Below, piece by piece: positions 52,159 to 61,017 of a stretch of DNA of 64,000 nucleotides. Positions within the stretch are counted from its first letter, which is position 1. Each line of letters opens with the position of its first letter. A program made the position numbers and the translations under genes. The notes beneath the pieces are model-generated. The model was not told the origin of the DNA. It did no database searches and saw nothing but the letters and a program-made list of their open reading frames with translations. Source of the DNA: an uncultured Coriobacteriia bacterium (lineage in GTDB: Bacteria; Actinomycetota; Coriobacteriia; Anaerosomatales; JAAXUF01); assembly GCA_963803785.1 (NCBI GenBank), contig CAWDNM010000006.1, positions 760,135 to 824,134 on the forward strand, written 5' to 3'.

Positions 52159-53328
52159 ATGACTGAGGAAATCAGGAGTTCGGATCACGTAGCGTTGGAC
52201 TGGAACGACTTCTACTACACGAACTGTCCGCTGGTGTCCGCCAGCAACGTGGATCAGGAGTTGGGCTGGGTTCGCGAGGAGCTCAAGAAGATCGGTATCG
52301 AGTACAGCTTCCTTCGCTCGCGCCGCGAGAACAACTGGTACCCGCACTACATCCACAACATGGACAACCTCATGCGCGCGGGCGGGTGCTTCCCTGCGAT
52401 CGCCGTGCAGGCAGATGTTCGCCGGACGCGTCTTATCGGCCTCACGCACGTGCCGCAGGAGGGCGGCTGCATGCTCGTGCGGGCGAGGGACGACATCCAC
52501 CGGATGAAGGACCTCAAGGGCAAGAAGATCGGCCTGTCCAAGAGCCTGAACACCATCAAGAACGACTGGTGGCGTTGCCAGGAGGAGCAGGGCGATCGAG
52601 AACATGCTCATGCTCAACGACATGACCCGCGACGACGTCGAGATCGTCGAGTTCCCGTACCCGGACGACTGGTACGACAAGCCGGAGATGCTGGCTCCGA
52701 TGTACAACCCGTCTGAGCTGTGGCTCAAGCGCGACCACAAGCATGACCTCGCATTCCGTCCCCTTGAGACGTCGCTCGTCACCGGAAAGGTCGACGCCAT
52801 CTACACCCAAGACAGGGTCTTCCAGCACTCGCAAGAGGCCACGGGCGGAATCAAGCGATCGAGAACCTGGGCAACTACCCCGACTGGACGCTCGGCGGCG
52901 CGAACATTCCTGCGACGTTCACCGTCAGCGACGTCGTATGCGAGGAGCATCCTGAAATCGTCGTCGCGATCATGAAGGGTCTCATCAAGGTCGGGCGCTG
53001 GGCCAACGAGCACAAGCACGCCGCTGCAGCCATCCTCGACAAGCAGACCTTCTACCTGGACGTTGAAGACACCTACCGAGGTATCAAGGACGTCGACATG
53101 GTCCCGAACCTGTCTCCGCAGAACCTTGCTCTGACCGAGATGAACAAGGACTTCTTGCTGAGTCACGGCTACATCAAGAACGACTTTGACGTACAGGCGT
53201 GGGCCGCTCCGGAGTTCTTCGAGAAGGCCGCACAGGAGCTGGTCGAGGACGAGTGGAAGAAGCGCAGCATCAGCAAGCTTCCGCAGGCGGTCACTCTCGA
53301 GGAAGCGATGGAGTTGCGGCTGGGGTAG
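52159..53328 (+). CDS. DszB-like (2'-hydroxybiphenyl-2-sulfinate desulfinase family / NMT1-SsuA-fold) protein, two frame changes
   Basis: Track ORFs 52159..52716, 52604..52975 and 52972..53328. The segments FYYTNCPLVSASN, RTRLIGLTHVPQEGGCMLVRARDDIHRMKDLKGKKIGLSKS, DDVEIVEFPY, GKVDAIYTQ and QAWAAPEFF align with my memory of Rhodococcus DszB (TYSNCPVPNA with the catalytic Cys, RTRLLGITP..FFVRDDSPI..LAGRRIGVSAS, DDVELVPI, DQWAAPEFL). Confidence 0.6.
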
Positions 53329-53432
53329 CGAGTTGTCTGGCGCTCGCCCGGCTACGACGTGCCGAGTCACGAGCACGAGAGAAGGAGATGAGAAGATGCC
53401 GACAGTAACGTACGCTTCACGGAAGGCACGAG

Positions 53433-53962
53433 GTGCCCGACGCGAAGCTGACCAGCTTGGGCCTGTACGTGACTGCCGCGGAAGCCTACGAGATGTGGAA
53501 AGCCGATCCGGAGAAGGTCAAGGTTCTTGACGTGCGCATGGTCGAGGAGTACGTCTTCCTCGGCCATGCGGCGAGAGGCGGTCAATATTCCGGTGGCCTT
53601 TCCCAAGTACGAATGGCATGACGACAATCGGAAGTACGGCTTCGAGCTGAATCCCGACTTCGTCGACCACGTCAAGGCAGTGCTTCCAGCCCGGCGACAC
53701 TATCGTGGCGATGTGCCGGTCGGGCGGACGCAGCGCGTTCGCCATCAACATGCTGGCCAAGGCAGGTTTCGTGACCGCCTACAACATCATCGATGGCTTC
53801 GAAGGCGACACGGTCGACGATCCGGAGAGCGTCTATCACGGCAAGCGCATGAAGAACGGATGGAAGAACTCAGCGCCCTGGACCTACGACCTCGATCCGG
53901 CGCTGGCATGGATTCCCACGGGCGAAGAGCTGGAGAAGCTCCGCAGCACCTTGGACGTCTAG
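53433..53962 (+). CDS. rhodanese-domain protein (about two frame changes)
   Basis: KVKVLDVRMVEEYVFLGHA..EAVNIPVAF, active-site loop IVAMCRSGGRSAFA, and a C-terminal extension GFEGDTVDDPESVYHGKRMKNGWKNSAPWTYDLD. Track ORFs 53433..53621, 53527..53973 and 53705..53962. Confidence 0.75.
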
Positions 53963-54072
53963 CCGCGAACTGACTTCAGCCAAAGAACCGAGTAGGTCCG
54001 GTTGGGCCTACTCGGTTCTCTGCGAGTCCGATTCAGTTGCCGGTAAGCGCCGAAGTCCGAGGAGGACAAACT

Positions 54073-54940
54073 GTGACCACCAATGAATTGCTCACCGTCG
54101 TAGCCCAGGTGACCGGTCTGCTCGGGATCGTCGGCAGTATGGCTGGGAATGGGTCTGGGCCTGACGGTCTCCCAGATCGTGGAGCCACTGAAGAACGTTC
54201 GTCTGGTCGTATTGGCGCTCCTCGCGAACTTCGTGCTGGTACCAGCTCTCGCCTATGGGATCACGCTGGTCATCCCGCTCGACGATGCACTCAAGATCGG
54301 ATTGATGGTCGTGGCGTTGTCAGCGGGCGCGCCCTTCCTCGTGCTCGAGGCGCGTGCCGCCAAGGCCAATCTGGCGCTCGCTGTCGGGCTGATGACGCTC
54401 CTGATGGTCGTGACCATCTTCTATCTGCCGCTCGTATTGCCGCTGCTGCTGACCGGCATCGAAGTGGATGCGAGGGCGATCGCCACGTCGTTGATCGTCC
54501 TGATGCTGCTCCCGCTGGTACTCGGTCTGCTTGTCAGGTCCGGCGCGCCCGAGACCGCGCAACGCTGGCAGCCGACGATGAACAAGATCGGCAGTCTGGG
54601 CATCATGATCATGCTGGTGGTCGGGCTGGGATTGAACGCTGCCAACGTGATCAGCCTGATCGGAACCGGCGGATTCCTCGCGCTGCTACTCTTCATCGCT
54701 GGCAGTCTGTTGATCGGCTTTGCCATTGGCGGCCGTGATCGAGGCGTGCGCAATGTGACGGGGCTGGGTACGGCACAGCGCAATGTATCGGCCGCCATCG
54801 TGGTTACGCTGGCGAACTTCTCTGGCACGAGTGCGGTTCCGTTCGTGCTGGTGGCATCCGTTCTCATGCCGCTGATCTTGCTTACGATGGCGAAGCGGCT
54901 GGGAGCACGCAGCGAGACGTCGACCGACGAGGCCGGCTGA
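54073..54940 (+). CDS. bile acid:sodium symporter (BASS/SBF-like) family transporter (one frame change near 54140)
   Basis: GTG at 54073, 7 nt after GGAGGA. About 9-10 TM segments. LGMGLGLTVSQIVEPLKNVRLVVLALLANFVLVPALAY, VVALSAGAPFL and GLGTAQRNVSAAIVV are typical of the SBF-like family. Track ORF 54149..54940. Confidence 0.7.
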
Positions 54941-55007
54941 GGTTCGGCGGATCACCGCCTGGCACTGGTAGCCGATTGGGAGCGCGGACCCGCGCCTCAG
55001 CTCAAAC

Positions 55008-55035
55008 CGAATGCAAGAGGAGCCGCCCCATCCGG
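55008..55035 (+). terminator. strong hairpin terminator candidate
   Basis: AGGAGCCGCCCC-ATCC-GGGGCGGCTCCT is a perfect 12-bp stem, ~70 nt after the transporter stop. Confidence 0.65.
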
Positions 55036-55295
55036 GGCGGCTCCTGTATCAACGGGGACAGACAGGTCGATCGGATGCGCCAGTAGATATGCGGGCTGCG
55101 TAGGCCGCTCGAGGTTTGTTGAAGGTGAATCCGTGTTGTTTACACGAGGGCGGGCCCTGAGACAGACCTTCGCTGCGAATGGATGGTGTTGCTTGGCACA
55201 AGACACCTATTTCGTGCCGGGACGCCTGCAATCCGACAGAACGGGGGACCCTCCGGAGCGGACGAGACAACCGCCTGCCGCAAGGAGACCCGAAG

Positions 55296-55871
55296 ATGGC
55301 ATCGAGAAGGAACCGCCTGCCCCGCACGAAGACTCCCGAGGAATGGTCCGCGTTCTTCGCGGCGATCAACGTCCGTTACGCCACCCAGATGAGAAACCAC
55401 GCCTGCCTGTACTTGATGTACATGACCGGGATTCGCGTGGGCGAGTGCCTCAGCCTCTACGTTGAGGACTTGGACTTCGACCGGATGCGTCTACATGTCA
55501 GATCGGGCAAGACGGGTGAGAGGAACGTACCGCTTCCCGACGACGACAAACTCAGAATCAGCGTCGAACGGTGGCTCACGGTCCGTGAGGGCTGGAATCC
55601 GCCCTCTCCCCTCCTGTTCCTCACCAAGCCGGGCAAGGCACTTTCGCCCAACGCGGTCAGGGAAAGCATGCGGCTCTACGCCGCGAGGGCCGGAATCGGT
55701 CATGCGTCGTGCCACATGCTCCGACACTCGGCGGCGACAGAACTGCTAGCGCAGGGCGCAAGTCCAATCGGCGTCCAGAGAATCCTCGGCCATGCGAGGC
55801 TAAGCACCACCCTGAACATCTATGCATCGGCCGCCGATTCACACGCCGCGGAGGCGATGGCCAGGAGATGA
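55296..55871 (+). CDS. short tyrosine recombinase (catalytic domain only, ~191 aa)
   Basis: ATG at 55296, 8 nt after AAGGAG. Catalytic residues are recognisable: R in LMYMTGIRVGECLSL, HxxR in SCHMLRHSAATELL, and H/Y in ILGHARLSTTLNIYAS. No N-terminal core-binding domain. Confidence 0.8.
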   Translation: MASRRNRLPRTKTPEEWSAFFAAINVRYATQMRNHACLYLMYMTGIRVGECLSLYVEDLDFDRMRLHVRSGKTGERNVPLPDDDKLRISVERWLTVREGWNPPSPLLFLTKPGKALSPNAVRESMRLYAARAGIGHASCHMLRHSAATELLAQGASPIGVQRILGHARLSTTLNIYASAADSHAAEAMARR

Positions 55872-56049
55872 ACCTGATTCCCACTTGGGCATCACAACCA
55901 TCAAGTTGAGGCCGAGGGTTTCGCTCACGCGCGCGGTGGTTCACAAGGTCATGAGGGCGTAGATTGAGCTTGAGACGACGTCTCGCGGCATCAATGTACT
56001 GTCCCGACCGCACGTGTCTTGCTCGCCCGAATCAGATTGGGGGGTGCGA

Positions 56050-57558
56050 ATGCCCGACCATCGCGTCGACAGAGCCGACTTGATGAATCGCATGATGGCC
56101 GCTCTCGACGACCCCGACCCCGCCGTGCGCCGGTACTCCGCCCAAGCACTCGGACGCGTTGCTGACCCCTTAGCGGTGCCGCCCCTCGTCACAGCCCTTC
56201 GTGACCTCGATAGTGACGTCCGCTGGAAGGCAGCCGAAGCACTCGGCCGAATCGGTGATCGCGCAGCGGCAGTCCCTTTAACGCTCGCCCTTCGGGATTC
56301 CGAGAATCGAGTCCGCTGGAAGGCCGCTCAAGCACTCGGTTCGGTTGGTGACGCCGCTACGGTGCCGCACCTCGTTGCCGCTCTTGATGACTCCTTCTTC
56401 GCCGCGCGCAACGCCGCCGCGGAGTCGCTCGGCGCACTCAGGGACCCCACCGCCGTGCCACACCTCATCGCCATCCTGAATGACCTAGTGGGGGGCCGGA
56501 AAGCTGCCGAGGCGCTAGGCGCCATTGGGGACCCCGCCGCCGTGCCGCACCTGATCGCCCAGCTGAGCAACCCAATCGCCAACACCAAGGCGGTTGCGCA
56601 GGCCCTTACGGCGATCGGAGACCCATCGTCCGTGCCTCGTGTCATCGTTGCCCTATATGACTCCGAAAGTTGGACACGGCGCAACGCTGCGATGGCCCTT
56701 GGCATCATCGGCGATCCGGCAGCTGTGCCTCATCTCACCACCGCCTTGGATGACGATGACGGCGGAGTACGGGTCAAGGCCGCGGAGGCCCTTGGCGCAT
56801 TTGGAGACCCCGCAGCCGTACCCCGCCTCATAGCGGACCTTGCTGATCCCGACAGCTACGAGCGTGCCTACGCTGCTGTTGCCCTCGGGGAAATCGGTGA
56901 TCGCTCAGCGGTGCCGGACCTTATCCTCGCCCTCGATGACATTGAAGAGGGTGTGCGCTGGGATGCAGCAAAGGCTCTCGGTGCGGTGGGTGATTCTGCG
57001 GCCGTGCCGGCCCTGATCACAGCGCTGTTCGACCCAGACTCGGGGGTACGCAGCAACGCTGCCGCGGCGCTTGGCCGAATCGGTGATCCCGCCGCGGTGC
57101 CCCACCTCATCGCAACATTCCTCTGCCCTGACCCATACGTGTGCCGTAGCGCCGCCCAGGCACTCGGCGAGATCGGCGATCCCGCAGCCGTGCTGCCGCT
57201 CATTTTGCTTGTGGACGACAGTGACATCGAGGTGCGCCACAACGCGGTCGAGGCACTGCGCGTAATCAACGACCCTATGGTCGTTCCGCACTTTACTTCG
57301 GCCTTGGCTGATCCCGACCCGAGTGCGCGACGGGTGGCCGCCAAGGTGCTCAGGGTAATCGGTGATCCTGCCTCTGTGCCCAGCCTTGTCGAGGCCCTGG
57401 ATGACAGCGACGAACGCGTGCGTTGGATTGCCACGGAAGCGCTCGGCGAGATTGGCGACCCAGTGGCGGTGCCCCGACTGACCATGGCATTCGTCGATGC
57501 TGACACTCGAACCGCCATGGTTGCGGCCCGAGCGCTTCTGCTGATGACTCGCCAGTAG
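56050..57558 (+). CDS. HEAT-repeat (PBS-lyase HEAT-like) protein, 15 full ~31-aa repeats plus one partial
   Basis: Intact ORF (the track ORF begins at the GTG at 56014; the ATG is at 56050). The repeated unit is D.D..VR..AA.ALG.IGDP.AVP.LI.AL, e.g. DLDSDVRWKAAEALGRIGDRAAAVPLTLALR. Confidence 0.85.
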   Translation: MPDHRVDRADLMNRMMAALDDPDPAVRRYSAQALGRVADPLAVPPLVTALRDLDSDVRWKAAEALGRIGDRAAAVPLTLALRDSENRVRWKAAQALGSVGDAATVPHLVAALDDSFFAARNAAAESLGALRDPTAVPHLIAILNDLVGGRKAAEALGAIGDPAAVPHLIAQLSNPIANTKAVAQALTAIGDPSSVPRVIVALYDSESWTRRNAAMALGIIGDPAAVPHLTTALDDDDGGVRVKAAEALGAFGDPAAVPRLIADLADPDSYERAYAAVALGEIGDRSAVPDLILALDDIEEGVRWDAAKALGAVGDSAAVPALITALFDPDSGVRSNAAAALGRIGDPAAVPHLIATFLCPDPYVCRSAAQALGEIGDPAAVLPLILLVDDSDIEVRHNAVEALRVINDPMVVPHFTSALADPDPSARRVAAKVLRVIGDPASVPSLVEALDDSDERVRWIATEALGEIGDPVAVPRLTMAFVDADTRTAMVAARALLLMTRQ

Positions 57559-57662
57559 GCCGCGAAGAGCAAATGGCGTAGACGGCCCGTGCCCTCGTGG
57601 CCGTTGCCTGACCACGCTGTCGACGATTCAACTGGGGTCCCTAGACCTAGGCCTCGAGAGTC

Positions 57663-60600
57663 CTACTCCTCTTCGAAAGCGGAATCCCTGAAGCGCAACA
57701 CGCCCGCGTTCTCCAACACCGTGCGCTGCACCGCTTCGGGTACTCCACCCGGCACCTCGACCTGGATGTCGATCTCGACAACAACCCTCGCGCCCGGCAG
57801 CACCGCCAGATGCGCCAAGATGTGCTCCCCTATCTTCGCGGCATCGCCGCCAGGGGCAGTTGCGTTGATTTGTACGCTCCCGTGGAATCGACGCGGCAGG
57901 ACAGGTCCGGTGGCCCCCTCTGTCGAGCCGCCCACGGGCGTGCCTTCGATGGTGGGGGTGTCGCCCCCTCCCCACAACGTGCTCGGCTCGGGCGTACCTC
58001 CGGGAATCGGCAGCGGCACCTGAACGCCATCGCCCTTCTGCGCCAGTACCGATGTCTTGATGACGAAGCCACTCGCCATCACGCTCGCGGCCTCTCCAGC
58101 ATGAAGCCCACGATAGAGTGCGCCGGGCTCGTCGAAGGCCTCGGCATAGCCGAAGGTCTCGCTCTGCCAGTTGAGTGATGCGATACCGTCCTGTACTGCA
58201 CCGAGGAGAACACCCATATCTCGCATACGCGGGAGATAGAGGTATTGGGCAAACAACTCCCACAAGGGTCGAACCCCGATGCTTTCGTCCTTCCACAAGG
58301 GGATACGGTCCAGCCACATCCGGAGCACTGTGCCAGCCATCTTCGTAACGATCTGCTCCTCGTTGACGAGCTTGCGTGAGATGCGAACCGCCAGCTGCTC
58401 GTCACCAGCGACCTTCATCGCTCGCCATTCGATGTCACCTGCAGGGTTCGGCTGATCGGGCACGAGGACCCACTGCCACGCTTCACTCACTCGGTGACGA
58501 GCTGCCTCGCCCGTGTCCCGCAGCTTGGTCTCAACCTGCTGCATCTCCGCAGGTCCAAGATTCTGAGCTGTGGCGTCTCTCTGGATTGACTCCCAAGCGA
58601 GCATCAACCGCACTGCGGAAACGAGCGACTCCAGAACGGTGCGATCGGCTGCGAGAAAGATCAACATGTTGCGGAATCTTCGAGGTCCCGCGCCGCGGTC
58701 CTCGAGAATCTCTGCGACTCGTTTCCGCGCTTCTGAGTTGTCGGTCTTTGCCGAATGCGCGTATTTCGGTCCGAGCACCACGAGACGCGTCTCGGGTTCA
58801 TCCGCAACTTCAGACGCCGATTCCGGCGCCACGTGCACGCCACAAAACTCCCCTCGCTGCACGCACGCGACTCGAAGCAGCTTCACAATCTCGGCATCAA
58901 CATCCGCCGGCTTGAACGCGTCAGCGCGATCCTGCGCAAGCCTCGTCAGAGTCGGCTTCACCGAAAACGAGTACCGCGTCCCATCAGTCGTCAGATGAGT
59001 GGCCTTGTCAGATAGGCGACGAAGCGCGTCGCCGAATACCGCAGAGGGCTCGCCAGGCTGCACGCAACCAAGCTTGATCCTCTTGTCCTCAATGCCCGGG
59101 TGCTTGGTCCCCACCGTGGGCGCCGAGCCCAGATAGACCGTGCGCGCCACTCGCCTCGTCGCCGAGTAACGACCCAGGTTGGGGTTCTCACGGTCAATCG
59201 CGACGGGCAGCGAATTCGCGCCGTCAACATCCTTCTCGATGATTGGCTTCCAGTTGTCCTCGAGATAGCGCGTGAGCTCTGAGAGGACCGATTCGTGATC
59301 GATTGGAACGCTGCCTGGGGTGATAAGCAGACTGGAGTCCTCACCAACCCACAGCGCATGTACTACTGCGGCCATCAATCGGAGCACGCCTCGTGTCCGC
59401 TGGAATCGCTCGAGCGTCGACCAGTCTGAGTAGAGGCGCTCGAATAGTTCAGGATGGATGGGGTAAGCCATCTCCATACGGCGACGGTAGTCGCCCTCAC
59501 GCGTCTCCCGCGGGAACTCCTCACGTTGGCCCGAGTACAGGTCAGCGAACCCTTGAATGACGGCATCGCGTGCCAAACACGCGTCAGGACTGATGTCCTC
59601 AAAGAGCCGCCGGCGCACGATCTCGAAGCTCTCTTCCGCAGTCGCCGGTCGCCATGGAGATTGCAGCCTACCAACCACGTTCTTGAGTCGCTTCAGCGCC
59701 TCGAATCCGCCCTCACCACCAATCTCAGCGGCACTTGCGGACGTCTCCGGGTGGTCAACATCTCGCACAGCGTCCGACGCCGGTATCGACACCACGAGGA
59801 GCGCACCAGGCACAGCGTTCACGGACTCAGTGAGCGCCTGTGCGAAAGTGAAGTGGGTATCGAACGTTCCTGCCGGCAGGTCTGAGTTCGAGTACAGCTG
59901 TCGCGCGTACGCGACCCATTCGTCGATGAGAATCACACACGGAGCGTAGCTCTTGAGAACATCTCGGAGTGCCACGCCGGGGCTCGTGCTGGTTGCATCA
60001 GCCTCGGCCACCAGGGCAAACCCCTCGGCCCCGCCAAGCTGCCAAGCGATTTCTCCCCAAAGCGTGCGAACGACGGTGCCGTCTGGCTTCGTGACGGGCT
60101 GCCCGGGCGCGACCGCCGTGCCCACGATGACGGCACGCTTCACAACATCCGGTCTGGATACCCCTGCTGCCTCGAGGAGTTCAGTCACACCAGAGAGCTG
60201 ATCGACTGGAGCATCCGAGAAGAGGTGGTAGAGCGCCAGAAGCGAGTGGGTCTTTCCCCCGCCGAAGTTCGTTTGAAGTTCGACGATTGGATCGCCCCCT
60301 TCGCCGCTCAGCCGCTCCGCGGCCCTCGTGAGCAGTGAACGCAATCCCTCCGTCATATAGGTGCGACGGAAGAACTCCGCCGGATCTCTGTACTCGTCCA
60401 CTCCTTCACCGCGATGAACTTGGGCGAGGTCGGCTGCGAATTCTGCGGTCTGATATCGGCCCGTCGCGACGTCATGGTGCGGCTTGATAACGTGGCGCCA
60501 AGGCGTGAGCCCAGAAGACGGCGTGCCCTCAAGTGCGGCCTGCACGGCTCGCTTGGACTCTCGCTTGGTCTGCTCGTCAAAACGAATGCGCAGCAGCTCT

Positions 60601-60991
60601 TGCTTCATCCTGTCTGCGTCCACGGCTTCGGAGGCAGATACCGCTGCGAGCAGACGCTGGACACTGTCCAGTGCCCGGTACGCATCATCGGTAGAGAACT
60701 GCTCATTGTGCGCCCACCGGTTTCGGGTATCCCGCAGCTCTCTTACGAGCGTTCGCTCCGAGGAACCAAGGACCTTGCTGAAAACCTGGTTCCACGCGTC
60801 CCCCATAGCCTTCAGTAGTGCGAGGAATCACGGAACTCCGCTTCCGACGAACCCGGCTTTCCAGGAGTACCGATCTGGGTATCCCACCCCTCGCCCAGCG
60901 ACGCGTGCATTTCGCGCAGGAAGAACGGTCGCAGGCCTATGGCCAGCAACTCCAAACCCTTGCCGACCCGATCACGATTAGTCGTTGCCAT
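57663..60991 (-). CDS. DUF499-family (COG1483-like) ATPase with N-terminal Swt1-like HEPN domain (one frame change near 60815-60830)
   Basis: ATG at 60991 (MATTNRDRVGKGLELLAIGLRPFFLREM...) joins track ORF 57663..60806. The HEPN Rx4H motif is in VRELRDTRNRWAHNEQFSTDDAYRALD. The P-loop-like segment is ELQTNFGGGKTHSLLALYHL. A long conserved body follows (VILIDEWVAYARQLY, AYPIHPELFERLYSDWSTLERFQRTRGVLRLMA). It starts 26 nt downstream of the methyltransferase. Confidence 0.8.
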
Positions 60992-61017
60992 CTACGTTCG
61001 TCCCCTCATTGGCTGAG

